63,245 nt of DNA, filler included, from Lenisia limosa (GCA_001655205.1; 12 parts of 12 records of this genome joined end to end with filler, not necessarily neighbours in it); one strand, 5' to 3'; shown: positions 21,600-36,319, counted from the first letter of the whole stretch. Translations and numbers: made by a program. Notes: generated from the sequence alone by a model not told the origin.

Positions 21600-24500
21600 C
21601 ACATAGTGTCCCGTTGTAGCCCAATTTACAGTCGCATTGCAAGTCTTCCGTGCTGGTTCTTGGGAGGTGAAATAGGAAAATGTATAAAACAACAACAACA
21701 AACGCCCAAAATCAACTCTGTTGGCTTGTCAAATGAAAATAGAGTATTTATGAATAAGCAACCAAAAATTCGGATCGGAGGTAAGCCGTAGTTATAACCA
21801 AAGCGAATCGAGGTAAGTAAAACACTCTCAGGAAAAGCCTTTCGATTCCCTTCTCACCCAAAGGAAAATGCTTTATCATTCCCTTCTCACCCAGAGCAAA
21901 AGAGTTCATCATAAGTATTGGCAAGAGTACCGTTAACGTTGCAGTGGCTGGAGCAAGGGACTGGGGGGTAAGGGCGAGAGGGGAGAAAGGGTAAGGGACT
22001 GTGAGTGGGGGGATATGGGTGAGATGAACTGGGAAGGGCACAAATATAGCTAAATAACATCCCGAATTCCCACTATCGCAGTGCAGGCCGAAGTGACCGG
22101 GGATGCATTCAGTGCATTTAGGTCCTGCGTGGTTCTGGGGGGGGGGGGGGNNNNNNNNNNNNNNNNNNNNNNNNNNNNNNNNNNNNNNNNNNNNNNNNNN
22201 NNNNNNNNNNNNNNNNNNNNNNNNNNNNNNNNNNNNNNNNNNNNNNNNNNNNNNNNNNNNNNNNNNNNNNNNNNNNNNNNNNNNNNNNNNNNNNNNNNNN
22301 NNNNNNNNNNNNNATTTAGGAAATTATAAAAAATATCCAAAAATTCTGGGGTAAGGAGGAGGGCCTCACGAATTGTTTCTATGTATTAGAGAGATCCTTG
22401 CGATCTTTCCACTTAAAATAAAAATAAATAATAAAAATAACATAAACAAAACACAAGTAAATAATAATAATAAAAAAGACTCGAACACAAACCTGGGCAC
22501 ATTTGAGGGTTTTGTCTTCTTCGTACCCAATGCAGTGGTCACAAACTGGTGCTGAAAGGGGTGAATCCCAAAGAAGAGAAAAAACATTAGAGTTAATTCA
22601 AAAAAGGGGTAAATCAATGAAACACTAGGCAGACATGGGGTCACTGCAACCAATTGTTGGTTTCGGTGAGGTGTTTGAATTTTAGTATTAACTTCGATAA
22701 AAAGACATCAAGAATTTTCGAGTATTTATCGAGAAATTCACTCTTTTTTCGAACCAAAGTGAAGTCTTAACTACGCCCCCTCCCCACTAGGAAGACACAT
22801 GGGGTAGTCGCTATATCCGGAGTCGCATTTGTCACAGGCAGGACCAGCAAAACCCTCGCGACACGTGCACGTGTTGAGCGTCTGAGGGGGGGAGTAAAAC
22901 AAAGGAAATTTCGAAAGAATAATGGTGTAATGGTACTAATAACGAACCATATAATCTGAAACTCCAAACAAAAAACAAGCAATAACAAACATGAGCAACC
23001 AACGCTAAAACTAGAAAAAAGCCAGATGACAAAAGCACAAAAACAAAAACAAGCCCGAGCCAGCCTTTGAAGAGTCTCACCACCACTCGATCACCCAAAC
23101 GTGTGAGAATTGACCATTGGTGGTTAAAACCGCGAACATGATTAAAACCGCGAACAAGCCAAAAATCGACAAAAATCGCTTCAATAACACCCTTTTTAGT
23201 GTGAAATTCGGCAGTTTTGAGTACTAGACTATNNNNNNNNNNNNNNNNNNNNNNNNNNNNNNNNNNNNNNNNNNNNNNNNNNNNNNNNNNNNNNNNNNNN
23301 NNNNNNNNNNNNNNNNNNNNNNNNNNNNNNNNNNNNNNNNNNNNNNNNNNNNNNNNNNNNNNNNNNNNNNNNNNNNNNNNNNNNNNNNNNNNNNNNNNNN
23401 NNNNNNNNNNNNNNNNNNNNNNNNNNNNNNNNNNNTCTTTCAGGATAATAGCATTTTGAGCCTATTAAAGTGCCCCACTAAAGAAACGCAGATTTTTAAG
23501 GAGAATTCGAATCTGAAGTCCATTTTTGGAGAAAATGTAGTGGTTTTGAGGTATTTAAGTCAACTTTTGTGACGGTTTTTTCAAGAATTTTCCTTGTTCC
23601 TATCATAGAGCAATGGACGAAATAGACGTCTGATTAAGATATATACTGCGTCAATAACCCATTTACCATTCTGGAACGGCACAAAAGGTAAGAGTCAAAN
23701 NNNNNNNNNNNNNNNNNNNNNNNNNNNNNNNNNNNNNNNNNNNNNNNNNNNNNNNNNNNNNNNNNNNNNNNNNNNNNNNNNNNNNNNNNNNNNCGCCCAT
23801 TTATGGGAAATTTACGATCATTTTTTGCCCAATTTGTCTCGTATTCTCTACTTAAATGCCTCTAGGTTACTCAAGGGTGGAAAAAATCAAATCTGATGGT
23901 GCAAGAACGTCTTCACTTTATCGCAGGGACAATTCTAGGCCCATAATCAGTGTTTTTAATGTATTTCGCATGAAAATTGAAGTACCATAAAGGTGGTATT
24001 TTGCATGTATGTTGATACCCCTGCCTATTCTTCTGAACAAAACCCTGTANNNNNNNNNNNNNNNNNNNNNNNNNNNNNNNNNNNNNNNNNNNNNNNNNNN
24101 NNNNNNNNNNNNNNNNNNNNNNNNNNNNNNNNNNNNNNNNNNNNNNNNNNNNNNNNNNNNNNNNNNNNNNNNNNNNNNNNNNNNNNNNNNNNNNNNNNNN
24201 NNNNNNNNNNNNNNNNNNNNNNNNNNNNNNNNNNNNNNNNNNNNNNNNNNNNNNNNNNNAGCCAACCTAATAAGACTATGATAACGAATGCTCATGTGGA
24301 GTAAAAAAACTAGAATAACATTTCGCATATTGTTTCGCTATCCCATCATCCTGGCTACCTCAGTCAAAGGGGCGGCCTTCAGAGTACCGAACGGCGAACA
24401 TGAAGTCCAGTGGAAAACGTCTGTGCAAGTAAATAAATATCCCTGTTTTAATCAAGGAACTATTGCTGTTGAATCGATGGAAATATCTAAAACTGTAAAG

Positions 24501-27500
24501 GAAAATAGTTGCAGTGAAAAACGTAATTTACAATAAAGGAAAACGTCAGTTATAAAGAGAATATCATTTTTATAGTCAAAGGACAATCATAACAATGGTC
24601 TTCTTGATATAACTGACGTTTCCATCTATTTTAGAATACGTTTTTCAATAAAAAAAAAATAGTCATGTTTCTTTTCGGACTCATATTTATGTGTTTCCTT
24701 TTACCCAATGGTGTTAATTAGATCCCCCACCCATTCTCCCCTGGTGCCTTTGTCTTCCAAACCTAAATCTAATCATTGTATTTTTTGTATAGTTCGTTTT
24801 CTTTTCTTCTTTTTAAATCAACGTCTACACTTGCAAAAAAAAAAACAACAATACGTACTCAAAATCCATTACTCCACCACCACCACCACGGCAACTTCAG
24901 CCAATAACAATTATCACCTTCCATATATCACCCTAAGGGCTTCACTTCAGTTCGGAAAAAGACTAAATTTCTCCATAAATCCATGATAATTACCATCATT
25001 TCCCCGGTCTTTTTCGAACCGAAATGAAGCCCTAAAACAGTTACCCCCAAACGGCCGTCAACATCAGTCGAGCNNNNNNNNNNNNNNNNNNNNNNNNNNN
25101 NNNNNNNNNNNNNNNNNNNAGAGACCTTCAGGACATCCGCATCTCTCTTCGTTACACTACACGGTTAGGATACTCACTCAATATGATAGATTATTTAAGA
25201 AAAAAAACAAGTAACAGTGAACCGGAAATAAACCACATACGACGTTGGATTCACAATGGCCACATGTGGACGATTCCGTTTCAAACTCAAGCTTAATCTG
25301 GGCGATATGAGAAGAGCTGTTTAAAACGGTAAAATATCGATATCTATCACACACAGCCAGAAACCATCTCAGCCATCCACCCCCACCTTAGAAACGACAT
25401 TACTGAATATCAAGAAAAAAAGCATAAATACAATTATGTGAATACTATTTTGGGATTTGAAGGGGGACAAATTAGAATACAAACGCTTTTTTGATCCAAT
25501 AATTTTAAAATAATTTCTTGACACAAATAACTGCATTGAGTTACACTTATTATCCCAAACATACATTGGAGAGATCCAGCCAATACGCGTTTTTAATGTC
25601 ATAAGTGACAGAAATGGTGGAGGCTAAAATAGGTTAGAGTGACGAGAAAATTTTCACGTGTTTATATTGATCATGTTTTTATTGTATCAGCAATTAGATA
25701 AGAAAAAGCAATCAACTTGTACTTCCCACCTCCGGAATCAGGAAGAAGAAATTCTTGATAGGGCTTGATGGTGTTCTAAAAAGGTGATATTAGTAAAAAA
25801 TGAAACATAGATGAGAGTCTAAAAGACCAAATATAGATTGGGGCATTAGCGAAAAAGATGAAATATTGATGAGAGTAAGCGAATCAAGAATAATGAAACA
25901 TACAAATTCATCCTCATCACCATCATCATCACATCACCACAGGCAATCACTCCCGCAGACGTATATTTTAAAGAATCTTGGTTGAGGTCCTTCAAGGATA
26001 TTGACGACAATTGTCACTGAGCCTATACACATTAAAAATCGATAAATATTGAAACAAAAAATAAAACAACTCCATTCAAATTTAAGAAACAACAGAAAAC
26101 TTATAAAATAATAAATAAAACGTGAAGCACCTTGAATGAAAATTGTCCGGTTTGCTACAACAGCAAGTTTTGTCAGGTATTGGGAGTTGCTGGAAAGATA
26201 AGAGAACATAGGGTCGGGAGAGGGAGGAGGAGGAGATGCCGAATCAGTCCAAAAATCACGCATTTTACAGTATCTGATTATGCAAGATAATTCACACGTT
26301 GTATATACCTTGCAGCTACTCAGCTTCAAATTCATCAATTGCCCCACCCCCCAAAGTCGCATACGGGAGTTTGAAGGAGAATCCGCAATTAGACGTTCCA
26401 GTGAGATTTCCTCCTAAGCGTGTGGCGGAAATATCGAGGGAAGTTGTGAAGCCCGGCACTTCCATGGGGTCTTGGGTAGTGGTGCAGAACTAATCCGTGA
26501 TTTTCCCTTCATAAAACGAATTTGTCAAAAAAAATTCCACAAAGTGTTTCCGATTATTCTGAATACATCTTATTAAGGTTGGTCAATGCTTACCATGGTC
26601 GTGTTTCTTCTTATTTTTAGAGAAAATAGTACAATGTTATAATATGATATTATATCATATACATAATGTAATGGACAATGTAGTATCATAAAAATAATAG
26701 TAACAACATTAGTAGTCATGGAAAGACACGTCATTTACGCCTACTGTTTCGCAGTTCGGCTGGAAGTAGTTTTGGCCAAAGCAGTAACGGCAACCTTGGC
26801 TTGAGTCCCTAGAAAAATGAAGCAAAACGAAAATAGTCATGAATAAAGTGTTACACCACTTTTTGATTGTTTTAAAAATGAGAATTCTCACTACCCACGA
26901 AAAAAAGAATTCTCATACACATGACAACGAATATTCTCGCACCCACGAGAATGCCCCGTTTTCAGTGTTGCACTTGGTTTTAGTTTGGCATCCTGGGCCA
27001 AGGTAGGACTCTTCACAGGTGTCACACAGTTCAGAACCCTCAGCAACTCGAGGCAAGCACACACACGTCTGTCAACAAATAAGATCAACAAAGCAGATAT
27101 GATATAATATATAACAATGAGAAATAAAATACGGTGGTATCTGGCCACAGCCGTCCAGATGATAAAATAGTTTTGTCTGTTCTAAATACATGTCTGTTAG
27201 AAATAAGACCAATCACACACACGACTGTTAAAAATAAGATCAATAACGTTTTTTAAAATGAGAACTACATGTTTTGCTATAACTACGAACAATGGCTCAC
27301 ATTGTTAACGACTCGCATAGTGCGATAGTAGTCACAGGATAGTCCTTCAAGATACGTCGAGTGTTTGAAGGAGATTGATCCGGCTATATTGTGTCAAAAG
27401 GAAGTAATGAAGATGGTGAGGGTGTAGTCACAATGAAATAAAAGGAAGTAGTAATCAGGAAAACTATAGTAAAGTGTATTAAAAGGAAGTGGGGATGGCG

Positions 27501-27888
27501 CGATAAGTTCTGACACGGATATTGACATAAACATTAGACAAGCATGTTGGGATTAATCATGGCCAGTTTACGCAATACCACTTGGATTAGGTACGCAGAA
27601 AGCAAAATAGACAACAGACCGCCTACATCCTTCAAGAATAAAGTATTGAGTTGAAATGGTGAACAGCGGAGAAGGAGAAACATTGGCGCGGAATTGGGTG
27701 GATGTTGATTGGCCCTGGAGTGTTACAAGTAGGGCTTCACTTCGGTTCAAAAAAAAGACTGAATTTTTCGAAAATCTTTGAGAGCTTTCGATATTTTAAC
27801 ATAATCAATCACCATCACTATCATCACTATCAACACCACTACCATTAATCATCTCATCATCATCACCACCATCATCATGATTACCACC

Positions 27889-27922
<34 letters not shown>

Positions 27923-30900
27923 TCACCACCACCTCTACCATAATCACTACCACCATCGTACCTTAGGAACGGGGTCATTGATAGTGACGGTCACGTTTCC
28001 ATGCAGAGATAGTTCTGTTAACTATAGAGATGAGAGATCACATAAATGAAGGAAGGGCTTTTTGAACTCTGAAACGATTGTGATGATAACACTAAAATGG
28101 GGGATAGCGATTTGATTACACAGAATACTATTTAGCATATGCATATTTAAAACAAAATTTAGACATACCGTTTGAGTTCCGAGAACAGTAAATTCACATC
28201 GTGCCTCCTTGAGCAGTAAAATAACAGAATGGAGGGGGGTATGGATATAATAATAAGAGAAGATAGGAGAAAAGAGGAAAAAAAAAGTAAACCAACATTC
28301 TCCAAATTGACTGATAAAGATCCTGTTCCGTTGAGAGTGGTGAAAGTTGCCCTAAATGATGACGATGAAGATGCCTTGCTGAAAGTGATATTGATGATGT
28401 GATAGCTTTATCATAGTCAATCGTGTCAGAAAAACAACAAAAGAGCCATAGAAGAAAGACCCACTTACCCTCTGCAAGTTGTTGAGCTGTCGCAGCTAGG
28501 TCCAAACCAGCCCTGGGAATAATCAAGAAACTATGAAAAAAAGAAAACTGTAAAAGGAAGATAAAGTTAGGGGAAACTAATGATCAAAGAATGAACTGTA
28601 CAGCCCCCATCTTACATATTGACAGACACAGATAGATTCGCCGTTAAAGCTCTCCATTTTGCCATGAACGCAAGAGGTATCAGCTGGATGATGATAACGA
28701 TCATTGTCATGGTGATGATGGTGGTGGTGATGATTATGATGGTAATGGTGGTGGTGTTGATGTTGACGGTAATAATGGTGGTGGTTATGGTGTTGATGAT
28801 AATAGTGAAGAAGAAGATTGTGTCAATAAACATAACATCTGCTCTCTAATACTATTTCACCAACCGTCAACTAAAGGCACATCTTCGGAGGAAACAGTGT
28901 CAGCAAATTCAGGTAATAAACTAGATGCTAGAATGGGAGGGAGGGGAGTGGTGTCTTCCTTCAGCTTAGTTCCTGTTACCATGAGTAAAGTGTCATAAAA
29001 AATTACAGGACATAAAATAATACTGTTTAATAAAACAAATTCAGGATTGTGAAGAACACGAATTTTGTGATCGAATATCATCTATTTCGAATCAATTTTA
29101 CCAATAGTTTCTTCGGGAAAAAGCTTAATAAATTTTGAAACCGAAAAATCTGATCAAAATTATTTCTTACTGAAATATCAAAATATCAAAATTCAGTATT
29201 ATAAAGAAGTGCAAGGAGCCTGACATAACGCCTACCAGTGACAGCCACCGAGAAGGTCACCTGAGGACTTGTCTTGTCTAAAAAGTTGTAAAGCAATAAC
29301 TACAAATTAAAAATACAAGAAAGTTAAACAATAGAAATGATAACAAAATAAAGATATTCTTGCTAAAAATGGTAACTTAACATAAACACCGCTCCCCCAA
29401 TCCCCAAAAATCGCAATCCTAATCAAGGAGTACATAAGATGTACTTCCTTTGAATCCAACTGGATAGTCTCCACCCCACCAAGGAATTCGTAGGCAGTAA
29501 CAAGGACATGGAATTGCTGGTCTTTCACAGCGGCAAATTCGATTACCTTGGGGATGAGTGAGTGACAATTCAATTTGTTTATGTATTTACTTGTTCCACT
29601 TTTTAAAGCCTATTATTGATCTACGGCAAATTCCAAGACTTCAATGAGAATTTTCAGATTGGTGTAATCATACCAGACACATATCATAATACAACAATAA
29701 ATACATCCACTATCTCGGTTTTACTGGTGTTCTAATATCCAATCCCCTCTGGCTCGGGATTTGTTTATTATCAACCCTCATGTATTGCTGGCCAACACAC
29801 ATGATTTTAGGCGTTTTAATAATTAATTACATGAATTCTATAAATATCACCCCTATGCCTCCCACCTCTACATTATTGGTGTCATCAAGACCCGACTCAT
29901 CAGCAGTGAAGGGATGAATGACGTGTCCGCCAGAAATGACGGCCATGTTCAAGTTGTTCATCTGGAGGGTGAAATGTGAATAAGATTATTTAGTTTGTAT
30001 TATATGTGAACAGCATTATTCGGATTTTTCATCTGATAAACAGGACTCACAATAGAATCTGCATGAACCCACAATTGCTTTAGGACTAAGGGGGTCGCCA
30101 GCTGGATCGGTCCAAGCCAGAGTAACTCGAATTGTCTGCGCTTCTTCAGCCTAAATAAAAAATAAGGTTAGGGTTCTAAGATTCTAACAAGGTACAAAAA
30201 AGGGAAACAAGGCATAGCAAGGTAAAACAAGGGATAACACAGGAAAAAAAAAAAGTATGACAAGGATAACACGGGGAAACAAGGTATGACACACGCGGAA
30301 ACAAGGTATGACAAGGGATAACACGGGAAAACAAGGTATGGAAAGGGATAACACGGGGAAACAAGGTATGGCAAGGGATAACACGGGGAAACAAGGTATG
30401 GCAAGGGATAACACGGGGAAACAAGGTAAGACAAGGGATAACACGGGGAAACAAGGTAAGACAAGGGATAACACGGGGAAACAAGGTATGACAAGGGATG
30501 ACACGGGGAAACAAGGTAAGACAAGGGACNNNNNNNNNNNNNNNNNNNNNNNNNNNNNNNNNNNNNNNNNNNNNNNNNNNNNNNNNNNNNNNNNACACGG
30601 GAAAACAAGGTATAAAAAGGTATACGAGGATTAGGTTAAAAGATTAGAAAGACAACACATCAAACAACCCATCATCTCCAACACCAAGTTGAAAGATTAA
30701 CCATACTCATATTTAAACATCTGTACCAACCCATACCCACCATGAGGTTGAAAGCAAGCCGCTGATGTCCCTCAGGTACGGTGGTTGTCAAGAACTTCAT
30801 TGTTCGTCCCATGTCTACACAGCAGTAACTTAAATAAATGCAATATTGTATTATTTTGATATATAAAATAAAACAAGGACGAAGCCAATAGTGATAAGAA

Positions 30901-33699
30901 ACGAAGATCTTTATATTTATGAGCTAGAAAAAGACGTACAAAACCACTTGACGCATTGTACAATTCAAGAAAAGTTACAAAAAAATAATAATGTAATCTT
31001 GGAATAATAACCGAAACAGTGAGTGTCAATGTAAATTTTGCATCAAAAGAAAGAGAGCGTTTGTTCAAACCTTTGAGAGGAATACTCTTTGAAAGATTAA
31101 TGTAGCCTGCGCCTGGGAGTGTCAATACCAAAACAATGATATATTTAATAAATAGTATGATATAGCGGCTATGACATATAACAATGAGAAATAAAAAATA
31201 AGTTAGTATCCGAAGCTGTCAACACCATCACGCTTATCAGAGATATTGGATTATAATATAATATTAATTCACCCAATCAATGATAGTAAAGTCAACATCA
31301 AGCCAAAGGTCTCACCCCCATCCCCAGATTGATAATAAAGTATATATCAAGATGACCGTTTCTCATCCCCCCCCCCCCCCCCCNNNNNNNNNNGTAGCCT
31401 GGAGGTATATTATAAAATAAACAGGAAAACTCAAAATATAAGTAAGGCAATGGATAATTAAAACACTGCCTCAAATGATAAAATTGCCCCCAGCTCCCAC
31501 CACTGTTCCTTGAAGAGTAGTTGCACCCGCCATTACAACAGCCTTGATTAGGCATGCTTTAGGGACGAAGCCTTGGGCACTGTGTCTGTGGAGTTACAAT
31601 TATATTGAAAAGGTTTTTGTTGCTTCATTACTAAAAACAAACGAACNNNNNNNNNNNNNNNNNNNNNNNNNNNNNNNNNNNNNNNNNNNNNNNNNNNNNN
31701 NNNNNNNNNNNNCCTCGGATGAAGTATTCACGAATCAGGGCTATAGTCCCTGCAGTCACGGGAGTGGCCATGGATGTTCCTGCGTAAGCTGCCATAGAAG
31801 ATGTCTGAGACAGTGAAATAGGAAAGTAATGAAGCAACAACAACAACAAAGAAACATAGTGGATACAAACACAAGAGTTAAAAACGATTGCGGACATAAA
31901 TGATTTAGTATACAGGGGAAAGTATTGCTCCCCCTCGCCTCACCGCATTCAGTCCAGTTTCACAGTGGTTTTCAGTGTTTTTAGTGGGTATTCCATGAGC
32001 TGAAGCACTGAAAATATACCTAAAATGTCATATTACTTGGTAATTACAACAGTCACATTACTTGGAAATGTGCACTTCAATAAATGATGGTTGCATTTGT
32101 TAAACTGACCCCCCCCCCTCCCAAACATTCCAGGGGCCACAACGTCGGGCTTGATTCTGCCATCCGAACATGGGCCAACTGACGAGAAATCCGCCATGTT
32201 TCCGGTCTGTTTCGGGTTAAAATTATTTAGTATTGCTTTGGGTTAGTTCTATCTATAGCAATATATATACATATATCTAGTTGTATGACTAGATATGATA
32301 AATAAATATATAATTAGAATTGCTATATTACGGTCTGTTAGTTGAGTGTTGTACTAGTCACTGTTTTTCGGTATCTAGTGAGTATATTGAGTCCTCTTTG
32401 AGTTAGTATCAATATTATATGATAATATAGTATAGTACAACAGTACTCCCGTCTAAACCACGAAACCGCCTTTGCTAAGTCTCCCAGCCTCTTTGCCACC
32501 AGTCATATGGGGCATTACAAAGACCCCCCCCCCCCCCCNNNNNNNNNNNNNNNNNNNNNNNNNNNNNNNNNNNNNNNNNNNNNNNNNNNNNNNNNNNNNN
32601 NNNNNNNNNNNNNNNNNNNNNNNNNNNNNNNNNNNNNNNNNNNNNNNNNNNNNNNNNNNNNNNNNNNNNNNNNNNNNGGGGAGGACGTAAAATGATGGCA
32701 ATTTTGATGAAGAAAATTGGTAAAAGAGGGGGGGCGGCGGGGGGGGGGGTAAAATTGGAAAATTTATGAAACAAAAAAAGCCCAAATTGATAACACACGA
32801 AGTTTGACAACAACAACAAAAAAAATAAAGATAACAATATCCCATCACTCCAGCGTAATAAAACGACGAAAATTTCGATGAAGAATATTGGTGTACTAAT
32901 CACCAACCAAATAATCTGACACTCCAAACAAACAGAACAAGAGCAATAAAAAATACGAGCAAAACCGATGACAAAAACACAAAACAAGCACGAACCAGCC
33001 TTTGCAGAGCGCTCGATAACCCAAGTGAATATTGTTTTGAATGAGGAGCACGTTTTTGGACTTCTAGCGGGAGGGGGGTGACCAACCAATTCGTACTGAG
33101 CCTCACAGGGAGGCGAAACACCAAACAGGGCGCAGAACTCATTGAAATATGCTACGTAAGCCTTGGGAAACTGCAGGACGATTGCAGCCATATCTGAGCA
33201 CGGGGCCAATGGGTGGGCTAAATCAGGTAAATAAAAGCTGGAATGGATTAATAATTAAAAAAAAAATTGAGATATGTGGATTTTACTATCAGAACGTGAA
33301 CACTAGACCTTTTATTCAACATTTATATTTACTGCAGAAAATTAACTGCACGGGTCTTTGTATGTAATAGGACTTTGAATACTTAATATTATATTTCAAG
33401 GTACTCAATTATATTTATGTCTTTAATTGCTTATGGTCGCCAGATTATTTTTTAAAAAAAATGTTGGACTGAAAGTATCAAAAATGAAGTTTTCTTTCAA
33501 ATTTTAACGCTTCATGTTGTGAATTCAATATTTCGATGATTTGTTTAGATATGATATCATATCCACTAGCCCCCCCCCCCCNNNNNNNNNNNNNNNNNNN
33601 NNNNNNNNNNNNNNNNNNNNNNNNNNNNNNNNNNNNNNNNNNNNNNNNNNNNNNNNGCAGCTCCTACAGTGATGGCGTTTTTGGCAGTTCCCGGCGAAC
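21600..33699 (-). CDS. Subtilisin-like S8 serine protease (KP-43/Tag type) with C-terminal beta domain and multiple EGF/laminin-EGF modules; partial at both ends
   Basis: GSPGTAKNAITVGA (33657-33699), MADFSSVGPCSDGRIKPDVVAPG (~32135-32205), catalytic AGTSMATPVTAGTIALIREYF (~31715-31785), PKACLIKAVVMAGA, GAGYINL, IRVTLAWTDPAG, MNNLNMAV..DDTNNVE and VTFSVAVTG. Downstream: SCVHG..CVCQY|GWFGPSC, CVCLP..CDTCEESYLGPGCQ, CTCREGFAGPACDKCDSGYSDYPMC, HAGPKCTECIPGHFGLHCD and CDCKLGYNGTLC. Confidence 0.9.
22886..23100 (+). mobile_element. Family D dispersed intronic repeat (related to family C), near full length
   Basis: GGGGAGTAAAACAAAGGAAATTTCG..AATAATCTGAAACTCCAAAC..GCCCGAGCCAGCCTTTGAAGAG..CACTCGATCACCCAAACG. 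Copies at ~32865, 44223, 58718 and 59592 (reverse). Confidence 0.8.
24937..25032. mobile_element. MITE family A copy with TAA on both flanks
   Basis: taaGGGCTTCACTTCAGTTCGGAAAAAG...CTTTTTCGAACCGAAATGAAGCCCtaa. Confidence 0.85.
27806..27957. repeat. (CAT/CAC)n microsatellite, intronic
   Basis: Degenerate CAC/CAT triplet run. Similar runs at 28686-28800 and 47630-47937. Confidence 0.9.
30220..30610. repeat. 30-bp minisatellite (at least 10 copies) in a protease-gene intron
   Basis: Unit ACACGGGGAAACAAGGTATGACAAGGGATA, interrupted by a gap. Confidence 0.95.
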
Positions 33700-34041
33700 C
33701 TGAACAGTAATTGTATAGCACTTTAATAGGGAAAACGATTACGACGGTGAAGTTGGAAAACATCCAAACGGGAAGCGAAAGCAGTTATCATAGGTCTAAG
33801 ACCTCGCATTCAAACTTAATTCTCTCCATGACTCCACCTGTTTATAATGTCCCTCTCTAAAATAATAATATACGCATATACCCACAACCCAACTAATATT
33901 GTTCATCCCTCTCCACCCCCCCCCCNNNNNNNNNNNNNNNNNNNNNNNNNNNNNNNNNNNNNNNNNNNNTTAATTAATTAANNNNNNNNNNNNNNNNNNN
34001 NNNNNNNNNNNNNNNNNNNNNNNNNCCCCCCCCCCCCCCAG

Positions 34042-34197
34042 AAAATCAAGGGCTATGCGATCGAACCTGTCGCTGAAGCAATTCGAGTCAGCAACAGACA
34101 TATACCTGGTGGACTGGGCGCTGATGAGCGACAATGCGCCTTTCGTCTCATCTCCGCTCACTACGGCGGCGGACTCGTCGCATTACCCTTCAAATAA
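34042..34197 (+). CDS. Probable terminal exon of an unidentified gene
   Basis: CCCCAG|KIKGYAIEPVAEAIRVSNRHIPGGLGADERQCAFRLISAHYGGGLVALPFK* with GC-balanced codons. Confidence 0.45.
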   Translation, partial: KIKGYAIEPVAEAIRVSNRHIPGGLGADERQCAFRLISAHYGGGLVALPFK

Positions 34198-36319
34198 AGG
34201 GGGCACGGTGGAGAAGGTTGGAAGACCCTAGGGTTTCATAAATTCGAATTCTGTTGACCCTTTTTAATGAATGGCACAGCAAAAGAGAGAGAGTGCTTTC
34301 TACGTCCGGATTGACCCCTGTAGGACTTCATGGCGTCCTCGCATAGCTTAGCGCATTTTGAGGTGAGAATCACGATTGCGCTTGTCCAACCCCAAGTTGA
34401 TTGGGTTTTTTCACCGTCACTGTATTAATTGTCTCTAATCACATTCATACCCAAGGTCCAAAATTATGTCGTTAATTATACGGTCACCAAATCATCTATT
34501 CCCCTTCAAAACAGTAATATATTTATGAAAATACACCCTTTAGTTGTTTATGAAGGGAAACAAAGAAAAAAAATAACCTTTCAAAAAAAAAATTTTGTAA
34601 GATCAGCAAACTTTATCGCGATTTTTTTTTTAGCGCCACGCTTGCGCAATTTTTTTCGTATGCTCGCATTTTCCTCATATGTCCTTTTTGCGAGTTAAAT
34701 TGTTGTGGAGTTGACCGCAACATGAAAAGGAGACAGTCACAGAAAATTGAATTAACGACAATAATTCGCATTAACGGCAGAGTTTGGGACCTCGAGCTTA
34801 TGATATCATATCATGCAATATAATATATAATAACGTAATTATCACCACTCACGGCACTGCAGAGCAAAGGACGACTAGCCGAGCTAAAAGCAAGGCAGCT
34901 CTCTCTCCTCAAAAACGTCGTTTCTCGTCCCACCCAGTTGGGGGGCTTAGGGGGTCCATACGCATAGTTGTGTGTACGGGTTGGGTTGTCAGGCAAGTAC
35001 TTTGTATTGCATTATTTGGTGGGACGGGATTTTTTATAAAAGAAAATATCATGCATACATCAATATTACATATTGGGAAACAATTATAAATACAAAGGGA
35101 TACCATCAGCAAATTGCCATATTACTCGATTTACTACATTGATATCCACACCCATTTTTGCGGCTCTTTTTTAGCCTCCTATTTTCAACACTTTTTTTTT
35201 ATAATTCACTGTTGATTAATTTCAATTTATTTTGAACAGGACTAACCATAGGCACCCCATATTTTGGTTTGTTATTACGAACTAATGATCCAGGCGATCT
35301 CGAAAGAAGAAGCAGAGTCATGATCTTGAGGAAAAGGTAGAATTTGATAGCTAGTAAGGGGGGCATCACTTTCTTCTCTCACATTTTGTACTTTCTCTGA
35401 CTTTCTAGGTCTATTTTGGTGTTTAGTTTCTTTTTATGTTTCCAGGCAGGCGGCCATATTTTATGTATAAATTGTAGTATTGACAATGATTTGCACACTG
35501 GGTGGGAAGAGGCTTTCTAGCTCGTTTAGAACTTTCAAGTGTGAAAACATTTCTTTACCAAAAGAAAGAAACTAATTTTTTAATTTTTTGTGCAACAACC
35601 GTTTTTTTTTTGGGGGAGCTTAACCCAACTGCAGTACGAGAATTGATGAATGAAATTGTGTATGATTATAGTTAGTCTTTCCTCCGGTACCTGACAAGAT
35701 ATCACTGATTAGACCTCACGTGACCGAGAGGCGAAGGTAAATTTGAGTATGCTCTCCCTATTCTGTATGTTCTTATCTTCCTCTCTTCTAAACGTGACGG
35801 TCTTCGGCCAGATACAACCTTGTTTTTTGTTTCCCATTACAAAAAAGTACATATCACACATCCAGAAATATGTGAAATTTTGGATATGTGTGATATGCAT
35901 TGAAACGAAGGAGGAGAGGAATAACTCGCCCCTCGTCACTCGTCGACTACGAGATTCAATGATTCAATTAGAGTCATTGTTGTAAAAGACCCCACGAGAA
36001 TGGTGATGATGATGCTTAATGGCCCTTCCCATGAGAACCAAATAAGAGGCCGAGTGGTCAACGCTACGATGACTGTCCTCAAGCAAAGAGAATGATCACC
36101 TTTCTTTCGAATCACCAAAAGAGGTTGGCTCCTTCCTACATACAAAATACTCTCTCCCCACAAATGAACCAACGCATGTAAGCACTCCTCTCACATCATT
36201 GCCTTTGGGCCTCTTTATGGCAACCTGAGAAGGGCTGGGCAACACCTAGCTTCAAAAACAAAAACGCAAAATACATTGCAACCGCACGAAGCGGTGAAAA
36301 ACTGCGAGTGAACAGGAAC

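Noticed and set aside
30168-30634. Repetitive ORFs in four frames
   Set aside because: They are a by-product of a 30-bp intronic minisatellite.
34700-36250. Possible small genes on either strand between 34.7 and 36.2 kb
   Set aside because: GC-balanced patches exist, but no consistent spliced frame or recognisable motif could be assembled.
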